The notes: generated by a model from the letters alone, not told the origin. A stretch of DNA of 64,000 nt from Nitrospirota bacterium (GCA_963701855.1 CAVPBK010000001.1:96001-160000); one strand, 5' to 3'. Shown: positions 29,639 through 40,559, counted from the stretch's first letter. Translations and numbers: made by a program.

Positions 29639-30871
29639 ATGTCTTTTCTCTGGCTCACCATTCTTTCCGCCCTCCGCATCCTCCGCCGCAATCCGCTGCG
29701 CGCGGGGCTGACCATGCTCGGCATCATCATCGGCATCGGCGCCGTCGTGGCGATGGTCAGCTTGGGTCAGGGCGCTACCGCCTCCGTCCAGACTGAAATC
29801 ACCAGCCTAGGCACCAATGTGATGATCATCGTCCCCGGAGCGACCACTGTCGGGGGCGTGCGCGGCGGACTCGGCTCGATTTCCACGCTCACGGTCGACG
29901 ATGCGGAGGACATCCGAACCAAAGTCGGGAGTGTCACGACGGTGATATACGGCTCGCGATCCGTCTTGCAGGTCATACACGAGAACAAGAATTGGAGCAC
30001 CGTCGTCGTCGGCACGACGCCCGAATTCCCCGACATCCGCAGTTGGCCGATTGCCCAAGGCAACTTCTTCACGCAGTCTGATATGGATTCCGCCGCAAAA
30101 GTAGTCGTGCTGGGAAAAACCGCGGCCCAGAATCTGTTCGAGCCTGGCGAAGAGATGGTGGGAGCCGAGATTCGCATCAGAAACACCCCGCTCCGTGTGA
30201 TTGGGATCCTGGCGCCAAAGGGTCAATCGATCAGTGGTCAGGACCAAGACGACCTGGTGGTGCTTCCCTTCTCGACGGCTGAACGGAAAGTCCTGGGCAC
30301 AAAGTTTCTCGGAACCGTCGGGATCATGCTGGTCGCCACACAGACGCGCTATGAGATCCCTGCCGTCGTCGCGGACATCAAAGAGCTCTTGCGTGCACGT
30401 CATCACCTCCCCGCATCGGAGGAGGATGACTTCACCATCCGCACAATGGAAGATATCGCCAAGACCATCGCCGGCACGAGCCGGACGATGATGCTCATGC
30501 TGATGGGCATTGCGTCGATCTCGCTGATCGTCGGCGGGATCGGCATCATGAATATTCTTTTGGTGTCAGTCACGGAACGGACGAAAGAAATCGGGCTTCG
30601 CATGGCCGTCGGCGCGAAACGCGCGCATATTCTGCTTCAATTTCTGATCGAAGCAATCATCATGACCGCGATTGGCGGAGCGCTCGGCGTCGGTGCCGGA
30701 ATCGGAATCGCGCGCCTGCTGACCACCATGATCGGATGGCCGACCATTATCTCTCCAGAGGCCGTCGTCAGTTCGTTTCTATTTTCTCTGATCGTGGGCG
30801 TCTTCTTCGGCCTGTATCCCGCAAACAAAGCGTCGAAAATGAACCCCATCGAGGCGCTGCGCTACGAGTGA
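29639..30871 (+). CDS. MacB-family ABC transporter permease (no fused ATPase)
   Basis: LTMLGIIIG, VGGIGIMNI..VSVTERTKEIG, NPIEALRYE. Confidence 0.95.
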   Translation: MSFLWLTILSALRILRRNPLRAGLTMLGIIIGIGAVVAMVSLGQGATASVQTEITSLGTNVMIIVPGATTVGGVRGGLGSISTLTVDDAEDIRTKVGSVTTVIYGSRSVLQVIHENKNWSTVVVGTTPEFPDIRSWPIAQGNFFTQSDMDSAAKVVVLGKTAAQNLFEPGEEMVGAEIRIRNTPLRVIGILAPKGQSISGQDQDDLVVLPFSTAERKVLGTKFLGTVGIMLVATQTRYEIPAVVADIKELLRARHHLPASEEDDFTIRTMEDIAKTIAGTSRTMMLMLMGIASISLIVGGIGIMNILLVSVTERTKEIGLRMAVGAKRAHILLQFLIEAIIMTAIGGALGVGAGIGIARLLTTMIGWPTIISPEAVVSSFLFSLIVGVFFGLYPANKASKMNPIEALRYE

Positions 30872-31115
30872 GGTCTGGTACACGCATCGCGCGAGCACAT
30901 TCTGATTGTGCGGCCTCGGCGAGTAAGAAGGATGGTTTGGCTGTTCCTTCCCTCCAAGCTCGCTCGTTTCCTCTCCCAACCTCTGCGCCCGAACGTGACA
31001 CAGAAAGGGCGGCCTGGGCCATCCCGTGCTCGCGGAACCCCCACTTCAGAAAGCGGTCGTTCGACGCGCGCAGTTTGGGATTCACCCAGGCCGCCCTTTC
31101 ACTTCCTATAGTTCG
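30872..31115. repeat. Cluster of family A core modules
   Basis: CGAGCACATTCTGAT, CCAAGCTCGCTCGTT, and an inverted core within the stem GAAAGGGCGGCCTGGG/CCCAGGCCGCCCTTTC. Confidence 0.7.
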
Positions 31116-31123
31116 TCCCAGCC

Positions 31124-31606
31124 CTATTCCTTTGCCTGAACCCCAGGATGATAGGTGCCATACACATACACGGGGATGGACAGGTGGCCGAGATGTTTTT
31201 CCAGCAGCGGCTTCACGTCTTTCCAGTCGAGCCCGCCCACGCCGGTGGCCAGACGCGGAAGCGCAACGCTCTTGAACTTTTCTGCTTCGATCACCTTGCC
31301 CAACTCTTTGAGACAGTGATTCACGTTCTCAATCGTGGCCCGGCCTGGCTTGTCCCCATAACTGGCAGCAGCCTCCTGAGTATACAGATTCACTATCCGA
31401 ACAGCTCCGACGCCGGACCAAGTCCATAACCCGCCGCTCTTGGGGGTAAACGTCTGAGAGTAATGCCTGAAGTCCTTATACATTGCCGGCCACCGCTCTC
31501 TGAGCGCCAAGGCTAACCCGTTTGTAAAGTTGTCGTTCGGTGCGACGCCATGCGCCAGGACCTCCGCCTTAGTCAGCAAAATATCTCCTGCCACTTCCTT
31601 CAACAT
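31124..31606 (-). CDS. Macro-domain (Appr-1-p processing) protein
   Basis: GDILL, GLALAL, IVNLYTQ, ALPRLATGVGGLDW. Confidence 0.9.
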   Translation of the reverse strand: MLKEVAGDILLTKAEVLAHGVAPNDNFTNGLALALRERWPAMYKDFRHYSQTFTPKSGGLWTWSGVGAVRIVNLYTQEAAASYGDKPGRATIENVNHCLKELGKVIEAEKFKSVALPRLATGVGGLDWKDVKPLLEKHLGHLSIPVYVYGTYHPGVQAKE

Positions 31607-31737
31607 GTCACGTCCTCCTCCATGCAAGTTAGAAATGGGTCGCAAATTTTATCACAAAGGGCGAGATGAGTCTCCGCTGCACTCACACCACGAAATAGTT
31701 CACAGACACTCGTTTTCTTTTCCGATTGATTGAAGGG

Positions 31738-31933
31738 TTAGCCCACATTATTCATGAGGACTTCTGCTGCAATCGCCGATCTGCTGCTACGACGAGCCTC
31801 CGGCTGGCGAGCTCGCCCCCCGGCCCCCCCACATACTGCACGAGTACGCATCGGATCCTTACGGCTCCGCCCGCCGGTCTCGCGACGCGGCTCAGCGATT
31901 TCGCAACGAACCGTCATGAATAATGCGGGCTAG
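31738..31933 (+). mobile_element. Family E MITE-like element
   Basis: TAGCCCACATTATTCATGA ... TCATGAATAATGCGGGCTAG. Confidence 0.8.
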
Positions 31934-32385
31934 GAGCGAAACGGTTTAACATCACCTGACTTGCGCAACATCTTGTTCACCTCGTCAAGGTGCAGTTCTT
32001 CGCCGACGATCATCTCTCGTGCATATTCTTCCAACAGAACGGACTTTCCCTCGGAGATTTTTAGAAGTTCGTAATAGGAGGCGGCGGCGGCCTTCTCGTG
32101 CTCCAAGCTTTCCTGCAGGATATCTCCCACATCATGCTTCTCGGTTTCCAAGAGTGTCCCGATTTTCAGTGACGGGTGGCCGCCGAGTAAGGTGACCAGT
32201 TCCCCTGCTTTATACGCATGGGCAAGGCTTTCGTCAGCATTACTCTTCAGCCAAGACACGATAGGAATGCGGTTATAGCCATAGATCATAAGGGAGTAAT
32301 GCGTATAGCGTACGACTCCCGCCAACTCATGCTCCATTATTTTATTGAGAATACTAACTGCGCGTTTCGTGTCTTGATCGTTCAT
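31930..32385 (-). CDS. Bacterioferritin/ferritin-like protein
   Basis: EHELAGVVRY, ESLAH, EHE, EELH ferroxidase-type ligands. Confidence 0.9.
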   Translation of the reverse strand: MNDQDTKRAVSILNKIMEHELAGVVRYTHYSLMIYGYNRIPIVSWLKSNADESLAHAYKAGELVTLLGGHPSLKIGTLLETEKHDVGDILQESLEHEKAAAASYYELLKISEGKSVLLEEYAREMIVGEELHLDEVNKMLRKSGDVKPFRS

Positions 32386-32741
32386 CTGATGCCTCCTGTT
32401 AGCAACACTATCCCGACTGAAGAAGCTGCGAATGGCATAGCGCCTGGCACGTCTGCTACATCTGGCCTTTGCAGCCCGGCACACCACTGTCAGCGATTCG
32501 TTGGGAGACAAGTCTACTGGAAAGCCCAATGCGTATCTACCTCGTTCTGTTCTTGGTAGTACCCAAGGCATTGGTTACGACCGAGCGGCTGTCCAGCTCC
32601 CATGCAGATCATACGAACGTGTAATGGAATAGCTCTTGTCATTATTTCGTCTCTCCCCTATAGAGAATAGGCAGAGTTGCAAGTTAAACAATCGCCGGCT
32701 TCCGTAACGCCCCCTCACGCGGTTGCATAGGAGTGTCTGCT

Positions 32742-33046
32742 ATGAAAATGCTACTGATCGTCTTCGTCAGTCGATGGTAGAGCACATCCATGCCCTGCTG
32801 AAAGAATATGAAGTCAACGCGTTTACTGAACTGCACAAAGTAGCCGGAAGAGGGGAGACCGGACCCACCGTTCAGTTCTTACTGTCACCCGGTGCCAACT
32901 GTATGATTCTCACCGCGGTATCGGAACCGCTTGCCTACCGCCTCATCGATGGGTTCACGCGTTTGAAAGCGGAACAGGGAATGTCTCAGCATGACAATAT
33001 CTTCCCACTTCACGTATTCGTCCTCCCCTGTGAGCAAGTAGTCTAG
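32742..33046 (+). pseudogene. P-II-like (PG0541-type) small protein, frameshifted near the 5' end
   Basis: AGGAG RBS and MKMLLIVF in one frame; RQSMVEHIHALL...GRGETG...VFVLPCEQVV continues in another. Confidence 0.65.
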
Positions 33047-33238
33047 CCCGCATGATTCATGAGCGTTTTTGCTGCAATCGCCGATCCGCTGCTACGACGA
33101 GCCTGCGGCCTGCGGGCTCGCCCCTCAGATCGTCACTGTACTGCACGAGTACGCATTGGATCCTTGCGGCTCCGCGCGCCGGTCTCGCGACGTGGCTCAA
33201 CGATTTCGCGACGAACCGTCATGAATAATGCGGGCTAG
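33043..33238 (+). mobile_element. Family E MITE-like element
   Basis: CTAG-flanked TIRs; near-collinear with the 31738 copy. Confidence 0.8.
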
Positions 33239-33617
33239 CCACGGGCAGTCGTGTCCGCCGCCGTTCTGTATTGCCAGCACACAACAAGGTGAACAAGACG
33301 ACCATCCCGCGCGCGGATGAGGGCCAGATCTGCTAGATCTCTGCCACCTGCTGATTGGCCATCATGCGCTCCCGGAGAGTCCCATTCACATTGCGCCCGG
33401 CAGAAAAGCTTACGTCTGCAACGCCTAAGACGACATGAAATCTCTTCATGGCTCTCCCCCTCAAGCACACGCACGGACAAGGCCGTCAAAAAGCAGCAAG
33501 TCCTTGTTTTTTGCATATTTCCGTCTCTACCTCGGAGCCATCAAGATCCGTACCATCTGCTAAGCTTGTCTTAGTAAAGGTGACAAAACCTTGGCGCAAG
33601 CAAGAAGAGGAATTGCG

Positions 33618-34241
33618 ATGTGGCTTCGCTTTAGTTCCGGGCTCTTGATGATGGCGCTGCTATGGGGATGTGCGATGGTGAATGGCACACCACCGCCTAT
33701 TACTGCGCCAGTATTTCAAGCCGATGCGACCGACACAGCAATCTTGCAAACCATACATAGAGAGCAAGAAGCGTTGCTGAACACCTGCACACAAGACCGA
33801 TCCTGCGATCAGGTGCATTTTACACGTGCAATGATCGCGTTATTCCAGAATGGAGATGCCGCAACGGCGTCTTTTCAACAGGCGATTGCCGTTGCGCCGG
33901 AAGGTCCTTTCGCGGATTCAAGTGCGCGCTGGATTCGGTTTCTTGCCAACCGGGCTTCCCATCCCGACTCCATCGACAAGCCCAACGGGGCGTTAGCGGT
34001 GATGAAAGAGCTGGTACGCGCATGGCTGGAACAACAGCATGTGGCAAATGCGTCTGTCACATTGCGGGCTAGGGAAACAGCCGGAAACGCGGACCTATCA
34101 GTACACAGTCTTCAGCGGCGGATTCGTAGTCGCGATAAGAAGATTGCGGAATTGACGGATCAGCTCAGCGCCCTGAAGCAGATCGATTCGGACACACATA
34201 GGAACAGCAAGCTGAGTTTGTCGAGGACGCTATCCAAATAA
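33618..34241 (+). CDS. Hypothetical lipoprotein with C-terminal coiled coil
   Basis: Lipobox LWGC; TPR-like helices; ELTDQLSALKQID. Confidence 0.7.
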   Translation: MWLRFSSGLLMMALLWGCAMVNGTPPPITAPVFQADATDTAILQTIHREQEALLNTCTQDRSCDQVHFTRAMIALFQNGDAATASFQQAIAVAPEGPFADSSARWIRFLANRASHPDSIDKPNGALAVMKELVRAWLEQQHVANASVTLRARETAGNADLSVHSLQRRIRSRDKKIAELTDQLSALKQIDSDTHRNSKLSLSRTLSK

Positions 34242-34255
34242 TCACTGTCAGCCCC

Positions 34256-35440
34256 TCACTCCTCGAGGCTTGGACGAAGAAGGAAGGGTGCATAGACCAT
34301 GGCAAACAACAGATAGGCCCCACTCCAGCTACCTGCCGCTGCACCCAATACAAGACTGGTCGGGAGATCCGTCATCGGACCGAATACCCTCACTACAGCA
34401 CCCAGGTTGACCAGCATATAGATGAGGACCGTCAGAAGACCCGCGTGCCGGGGACGCCCCGTATGGCCCAGACTGGCACGGGTCATCACTGCCAGAGTCA
34501 TCGCACCCACCGCGCCGCTGGTAAACGCGTGCACCGCATCCTCTTTCGGCAGACCAATCCCGAGGGTCGAGCCACCTAGTATTAGCAGCGACAATGCAAA
34601 CCAGCCATATCCAACGTGCAGGATCAGTACCAACGGCTCACGCCATGTGAGCCAGCCGTACCAGCGTACCAGACGGCCCAGATTGGCCAACCCGGCCGCC
34701 ACGAACATCCACCCAGTTGCCATAGAGTGCGGTTGAACAATCCAGGATAGGACTGCGAATCCCACGAGCGCGATCGACAGGCCATCGTAACGGGAAAATG
34801 GTGCAGGCCGTTCCGCCCTGCCGGATTCAACCAGTAATTCGTCGGTAAAGTTGGGAGTCAGGCGCCCGCCGATCAGTGTCAGCAGCAGCATGACCATCGC
34901 GAGCGCCATGCGCTCGGGACGATCCGTCTCCACCCCGCTCAGGTTGAGCACATGGAACAGGATGTTGGCGCCGGCCAGCAGACTCACCAGCGCCCCCATC
35001 GGCGTACGATCCCAGCTTTTCGACGCGGCAATTTCTCGCCAGACCAGCCCCGCCACCGCGACAAGAAACCCCACATCGACAACTGCGGACACGAGGGGCG
35101 AGAACCATGGCATGGCAATCAGCAGACGTCCGGCCAGCCACAGGGTAACGAGCAGCATCAACTCATGCCCTCGAATCGGCGGACGATCGGTCCAGTTGGG
35201 AATGGCCGTGAGCATAAACCCTGTGATCACTGCGGGGAGAAAGCCGAAGACCATCTCATGCACATGCCAATTCCGAGCGGGAGAGAGTATGTCCGAGCCG
35301 CCGACCCCAGCAAGGACCAGAATCCAGACAGGGATCGCCACACCGGCAAACAGCGCAGCACCAAGAAAAAATGGTCTGAACCCATACGAAAAGATCGCAG
35401 GCCCCTGATAGCTAGAACTCTCGCTCGCCTGATCAATCAT
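34256..35440 (-). CDS. nnrS: NnrS-family protein
   Basis: GFRPFFL, WHVHEMVFG, GFMLTAIPNWT, TRASLGHTGR. Confidence 0.95.
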   Translation of the reverse strand: MIDQASESSSYQGPAIFSYGFRPFFLGAALFAGVAIPVWILVLAGVGGSDILSPARNWHVHEMVFGFLPAVITGFMLTAIPNWTDRPPIRGHELMLLVTLWLAGRLLIAMPWFSPLVSAVVDVGFLVAVAGLVWREIAASKSWDRTPMGALVSLLAGANILFHVLNLSGVETDRPERMALAMVMLLLTLIGGRLTPNFTDELLVESGRAERPAPFSRYDGLSIALVGFAVLSWIVQPHSMATGWMFVAAGLANLGRLVRWYGWLTWREPLVLILHVGYGWFALSLLILGGSTLGIGLPKEDAVHAFTSGAVGAMTLAVMTRASLGHTGRPRHAGLLTVLIYMLVNLGAVVRVFGPMTDLPTSLVLGAAAGSWSGAYLLFAMVYAPFLLRPSLEE

Positions 35441-35785
35441 AGATAGATACTCAATACTCAACCTGTGCGAAAGGTGACAATGACCGATGTGTCCTGTCTC
35501 AACAAAGCGGCGCTTAATCTCGGAGGCGATGCCGAACGCGTCAGAGGACTCACCAGAGGAAATTCGAGCCAAGCTACGTGCTGCTAGCGACGCTGTCAAC
35601 AGATGGTTGGTCATACACTGTATGCTGACCGACCGAGCAGCCAATCCGCCTGACCTTCGGTCTCTAAACTCCACCCTCTCTCCATCATCACCCTATTCCT
35701 GTTCATGTATTATAATGGGGTGTCTCTTCCCTCGGCTCTACGCATCTGACATAGCCGCACTATATATTCAGAGAGGAGGAACAGT

Positions 35786-37291
35786 ATGAGCACGGCAACG
35801 GTGGAAACTCCGATTCACCAAAACGTATTAAGCTTTGTCGGCACGCCCCGGAAGATGCTGATCGGCGGCAAGTGGCTCGACGCCGCGTCGGGAAAAACCT
35901 TCCCGACCTATAACCCGGCCACAGGCGAAGTCCTGGCCCAGGTGGCCGAAGGCAACAATATCGACGTTGACAGGGCGGTCACCGCTGCACGGAAAGCCTT
36001 CGAGAGCGGCCCGTGGCGCATGCTCACAGCCTCGGAGCGCGGACAGCTGATTTGGAAGCTCGCCGATCTTCTCGATTCTCACCTGGAAGAATTCGCCCAA
36101 CTGGAGTCGCTCGACAACGGAAAGCCGGTCGGCGTCGCCCGCGCGGCAGATGCGCCGCTAGCTGTAGACCACTTTCGATACATGGCTGGTTGGGCGACTA
36201 AAATCGAAGGCAATACGATCCCCATTTCGGTACCCTACACACCCGGTGCCCAGTATCTCGCCTACACGCTGCGCGAGCCGGTCGGCGTGGTAGCCCAGAT
36301 CATCCCCTGGAACTTTCCGCTGCTCATGGCGGCTTGGAAACTAGGCCCAGCGTTGGCCGCTGGCTGCACCATCGTCCTAAAACCGGCCGAGCAAACACCG
36401 CTGTCCGCCCTGCGACTCGGCGAGCTGATCTGTGAAGCGGGGTTCCCGGACGGAGTGGTCAACATCGTGCCAGGGTACGGGGAGACCGCTGGCGCGGCTC
36501 TGGCAGCGCACCCGGACGTGGATAAGGTGGCCTTCACTGGCTCCACCGAAGTGGGAAAACTCATCCTGAGGGCGGCGGCAGGGAATCTCAAGAAGGTGTC
36601 GCTGGAACTCGGAGGGAAATCCCCCAACATCGTGTGTAGCGACGCCGATGTGGAGGCGAGTGTTCCCGGGGTTGCGAGCGCGATCTTTTTCAACCAAGGC
36701 CAGTGCTGTTGCGCAGGCTCACGGCTCTTCGTCGAGAAGGGTATCTTCGACAAGGTGGTGGCGGGCGTGGTTGAGGACGCAAAGAAGATCAAGGTCGGAC
36801 CGGGCATGGATCTCGCCACCCAAATGGGCCCACTGGTGTCGGACGAGCAGCAACGGCGTGTGCTCGGCTATCTGGAGTCGGGCTTCTCCGAGGGCGCCAA
36901 AGCGGTAGTTGGCGGACGCAAGCTGGGCAACAAGGGCTATTTTGTGGAACCAACCGTGCTGGTCGATACCACGCAGAAGATGAAGATCATGCAGGAGGAA
37001 ATATTCGGGCCGGTTGTATGCGCAATGCCGTTTACGGACTTGAGCGAAGTGCTCCGGGCGGCGAACGATTCCATCTACGGCCTGGCGGCAGCGGTGTGGA
37101 CCCGCGATGTCGGCAAGGCCCATCGCATCGCGGCCGAACTGCGCGCAGGATCAGTGTGGATCAACTGCTACAACATCTTCGACGCTGCGCTGCCCTTCGG
37201 CGGCTACAAGCAATCAGGGTGGGGCCGCGAAATGGGCCACAATGCGCTTGAACTCTATACGGAGGTAAAAGCCGTCACCGTGCGGCTGTGA
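35786..37291 (+). CDS. NAD-dependent aldehyde dehydrogenase
   Basis: [32 protein letters not shown]. Confidence 0.97.
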   Translation: MSTATVETPIHQNVLSFVGTPRKMLIGGKWLDAASGKTFPTYNPATGEVLAQVAEGNNIDVDRAVTAARKAFESGPWRMLTASERGQLIWKLADLLDSHLEEFAQLESLDNGKPVGVARAADAPLAVDHFRYMAGWATKIEGNTIPISVPYTPGAQYLAYTLREPVGVVAQIIPWNFPLLMAAWKLGPALAAGCTIVLKPAEQTPLSALRLGELICEAGFPDGVVNIVPGYGETAGAALAAHPDVDKVAFTGSTEVGKLILRAAAGNLKKVSLELGGKSPNIVCSDADVEASVPGVASAIFFNQGQCCCAGSRLFVEKGIFDKVVAGVVEDAKKIKVGPGMDLATQMGPLVSDEQQRRVLGYLESGFSEGAKAVVGGRKLGNKGYFVEPTVLVDTTQKMKIMQEEIFGPVVCAMPFTDLSEVLRAANDSIYGLAAAVWTRDVGKAHRIAAELRAGSVWINCYNIFDAALPFGGYKQSGWGREMGHNALELYTEVKAVTVRL

Positions 37292-37457
37292 ACGATCACT
37301 GGGTACGAAAGGGTCGGCGAAAAGAGTACAGGCTAGTGTGCATGCACAGGCTCAGAAATATTGGACGGCAAGACCCGAAGCCCTATCTGCTATATTTACT
37401 GGAAAATCGCTGAGAGCTATAGTTGTGGATTTGCTGGATGAGATGCTGAGACAAGTA

Positions 37458-37548
37458 CTAACCTGCATTATTCATGAAGCTTCTGCTGCAAGCGTGAATA
37501 CGCGGCTGCACACTTTCGCGGCCAACCTTCATGAATAATGCAGGCTAA
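37458..37548. mobile_element. Family E element, internally shortened, with CTAA at both ends
   Basis: CTAACCTGCATTATTCATGA ... TCATGAATAATGCAGGCTAA. Confidence 0.8.
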
Positions 37549-37679
37549 GTTCATTGTGGGTTGCCGAGTTGGCATAACGCGATTTCTGAAGAGTCGCTTC
37601 CCCATTGTAGGGAAAAGCTCCCGCGTTATATGCTGCCGGAGAAGATAGCTGATCCAACGTTATGTCGGCGTGAAAAGCT

Positions 37680-38759
37680 ATGAGCCCCCACCTTCGCACG
37701 GAAGCGGTCTCTCAGGTACCCGCGCTGCGTATTTTAGTCCTTTCAGAGATTGACGACTGGGATCTTGGCCTGCAGTTGAAAGCGAGCGGGCATACTATTG
37801 TCGCCTGGGCTCGCCCTAGGTGGAAGCGAAGCCCAAAGGGTGACGGCCTTGGTTATACGATCAGGACCATCCTCAGAGCTATGTTGTGCCGATCCAAACC
37901 GATACGGACGATTCGACCCCGGTTTGATGCCTGGAGATGGCTCGATAAGGAAAAGATCCCGCGCATTGCCTCCCCCAAGGTAAACTCTCCAAACTTTAAT
38001 GAATATGTGAAGGGCTTGAACATTGACCTTATTGTGGTCTATTTCTTCTCTCAGATTTTAAAGGGGGATATTTTCAAAACTCCCCGGTTGGGAATCTTAA
38101 ATTGTCACCCCTCACTGCTCCCTCGTTACGGAGGACCACATCCGGCATTTTGGATGATCAAGAATGGGGAGTCGGTGGCAGGGGTCACCGTTCATGTGAT
38201 GACGGAAAAAATTGATGCAGGGGATATTGTCGCCCAACAAGAACTGGTTATCGGAGAGAGCGAGAATAATGGGCAATTGACGCAGCGACAACACCATGCA
38301 GCTGCTGCGCTCCTGACGGAATCCGTCAATGCCATGGCTCAAGGAAGAATCGACCCCAAGCCACAAAATATCGCGGAACGCAGCTATTTTGGAAAGTTTA
38401 AGGCGGCCGACACCATTCTTGATTGGAGCGGGTCTGCAAAACAAATTGCCGATCTATGGCGCGCGCTACAACCCTATGAACCTCTCGCAGCCCGTCTCAA
38501 TGGGACAACCATCAAGATTTACGACGCGCAACCTCACGAGGGACCTCCGTCAGGGAGAGCTCCCGGAGAAATCATGTCAAAGCGATCGGGGAGACTCCTC
38601 GTACAAACCGGCAACGGGTATTTCGAGATACGGTCCTATGAAATCGTACCGTTTCACGGTTGGATCAATCGTATTTTACAAGAGTTCCTGCTACCTGTCG
38701 GTGGCCGTTTTGATCTTGCTTCGTCACCAATGGGGCTAAACTCTAAAGCCGTCTCATGA
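37680..38759 (+). CDS. Formyltransferase (Fmt/ArnA-like)
   Basis: NCHPSLLPRYGG, IDAGDI; C-terminal Fmt-type domain. Confidence 0.9.
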   Translation: MSPHLRTEAVSQVPALRILVLSEIDDWDLGLQLKASGHTIVAWARPRWKRSPKGDGLGYTIRTILRAMLCRSKPIRTIRPRFDAWRWLDKEKIPRIASPKVNSPNFNEYVKGLNIDLIVVYFFSQILKGDIFKTPRLGILNCHPSLLPRYGGPHPAFWMIKNGESVAGVTVHVMTEKIDAGDIVAQQELVIGESENNGQLTQRQHHAAAALLTESVNAMAQGRIDPKPQNIAERSYFGKFKAADTILDWSGSAKQIADLWRALQPYEPLAARLNGTTIKIYDAQPHEGPPSGRAPGEIMSKRSGRLLVQTGNGYFEIRSYEIVPFHGWINRILQEFLLPVGGRFDLASSPMGLNSKAVS

Positions 38760-39160
38760 ACAGTGCGTGCAAACCTGACGGACTCATTTATCCCCATCGT
38801 CGCGTCTCTGCGCAAAGTCTCACTTCTGCTCAGCGCATGACACTGACAGTAATTGCTTCATCCGTCTGCTTGGTGTTCAGCTCGTTGCTGGTCAACGCTG
38901 CCGAACCGCTCACGTCCCTCGATAGAAAGTCATTCAAAACAATCCCGTTCGATCCGGCGCCCTCAGAGGCACAACGGCGTGAACTCGATCGTGTGGTTGG
39001 TCTTTGCATGAAGACAGTTGAAACAGAAGTGCCGGGTGGCCATTTCGAAGCCTATGCGGACGGCGGCATCGTCAATAGTGTCGGCATAGATAGAGAGAGA
39101 TTTAAGTTTTGGAAGTGTATGTTGGAGAACGGACACCCGCTTGCTCCCATCAACAAATAA
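38756..39160 (+). CDS. Hypothetical exported protein
   Basis: ATGA overlap, hydrophobic signal-like segment, Cys pair. Confidence 0.5.
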   Translation: MNSACKPDGLIYPHRRVSAQSLTSAQRMTLTVIASSVCLVFSSLLVNAAEPLTSLDRKSFKTIPFDPAPSEAQRRELDRVVGLCMKTVETEVPGGHFEAYADGGIVNSVGIDRERFKFWKCMLENGHPLAPINK

Positions 39161-39185
39161 GGCAACGAGCGGTTGAGCGCGGCCC

Positions 39186-39608
39186 ATGAACAACGACCGC
39201 TCCAGGCATGAAATTATGACCATCACGGTTCTCTTTGAACGTAGGAAGCAAAAGGTTTTGATTGTCCTTCTTTTGGCAATCACGATGAATATGATACCGG
39301 CGATATCGGTGTTGCGCGCTGAAGATACTTCACGTATCCCGATGCAATTGACGCAGATGAGTCAGCCGCCACGGAAAGGGCCGTTCCTTGAAGGCTCGCA
39401 AATTGTGCGCCCTTCGCTAAAGGAGCGAGAGGCCATCCACCAATTGCTTGCTCTCAAACCGGGCCCAAAGACTCTGAAAGATGCTGATATGAAATACTTG
39501 CAGAATCTGCGGGACAAGGGAACATGGTATGGTTACGAGCAACGAATGGTGCATGAAATATGGGCAGACGTGAACGGCAAGGAGTGGCGTGAGACTGAGG
39601 GGCCCTAG
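39186..39608 (+). CDS. Hypothetical exported protein
   Basis: Co-oriented ORF with signal-like segment. Confidence 0.5.
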   Translation: MNNDRSRHEIMTITVLFERRKQKVLIVLLLAITMNMIPAISVLRAEDTSRIPMQLTQMSQPPRKGPFLEGSQIVRPSLKEREAIHQLLALKPGPKTLKDADMKYLQNLRDKGTWYGYEQRMVHEIWADVNGKEWRETEGP

Positions 39609-39771
39609 CAGGATGCTCAAAAAGTCCGCCGGCATACGAAGATCGTTATTTGGTCTGTCTCGATTATTTGGCTTATTTTGTTTCTCTGGGTTAAGCAACA
39701 AAACAAACCAGATAGACCAGAGGAACCAGACAAACGGCGGACGAAGAAGACGGCCTTTTTGAGCATCCTGC
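39608..39771 (-). mobile_element. Family A element with 9-bp-periodic cargo
   Basis: Perfect TIRs GCAGGATGCTCAAAAAG / CTTTTTGAGCATCCTGC; inverted homolog at 61814. Confidence 0.85.
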
Positions 39772-39793
39772 GCAGTTGGCCATGCGAGAAGAA

Positions 39794-39864
39794 AGTTGAG
39801 GTTCAGGCTAAGGTGGAGGCTAAGATGAGAACATCTGATTTTCACTCAACCTTGACCTCAACTT
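39794..39864. repeat. 6-bp-periodic inverted repeat
   Basis: agttgaggttcaggctaaggtggaggctaag ... ctcaaccttgacctcaactt. Confidence 0.8.
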
Positions 39865-39919
39865 GCATACTCGCTGCGGCCACTAGAAGCCAATATTGGG
39901 ACAAAGTGGAGTCATTCGA

Positions 39920-40186
39920 ATGAAATGGATCGTCTACATCCTGGAGTGTTCGGACAACAGCCTATACACCGGCATCACCAATGATCTGGAGCGGCGACTG
40001 GAAGAGCACAGGACAGGCCGAGGTGCAAAGTACACGAAACACCGAAGTCCATTGAGGGTACGGTATGCCGAATATCGACGCACCAAAAGCGCGGCACTCA
40101 CACGTGAAGCCGCGATCAAATCCCTAGCCCGGCCAGAAAAACTGGCCCTCATCGCCGCACAGCCCACAACCAAACTCCACAGCTAA
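39920..40186 (+). CDS. GIY-YIG nuclease (UPF0213-like)
   Basis: VYILEC.DNSLYTGIT..LERRL..H..G.GAKYT. Confidence 0.9.
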   Translation: MKWIVYILECSDNSLYTGITNDLERRLEEHRTGRGAKYTKHRSPLRVRYAEYRRTKSAALTREAAIKSLARPEKLALIAAQPTTKLHS

Positions 40187-40559
40187 CCCTTCCATTTTCT
40201 CTACAGCGTGGGCAGCAAGATGCAAAACCATTGCTCTCGCACCACCAATCAGGTCAGAGCTGAACAACGATGAGTAATGGCGGGACATACATGAAACTTC
40301 CCGCGCAGACGAGCCGATCAGAAAAGTGGAATGTACCGATTTTCCGGCTCCTGCGCTGCAGGAAGATGAGTCGGTCGAGCGCTGAAACCGTACTATTCCC
40401 GCTGTTCACTTTACCATCGCCACCCGATACAATCACTATCGATGTGGTCCCTCGTCTGCTACAACGCCACCCATTTTCATGGTTACATTGCCGGATCGGG
40501 TGATCAGAAACAAGAACCGCTGCGAGTGGGCTTTCTTAACTGCCTGCTAGGAGGATGAC

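Noticed and set aside
37605..37625. Fifth copy of the composite operator
   Set aside because: Only a partial half-site, with no CTAGTAA element at the 22-bp offset
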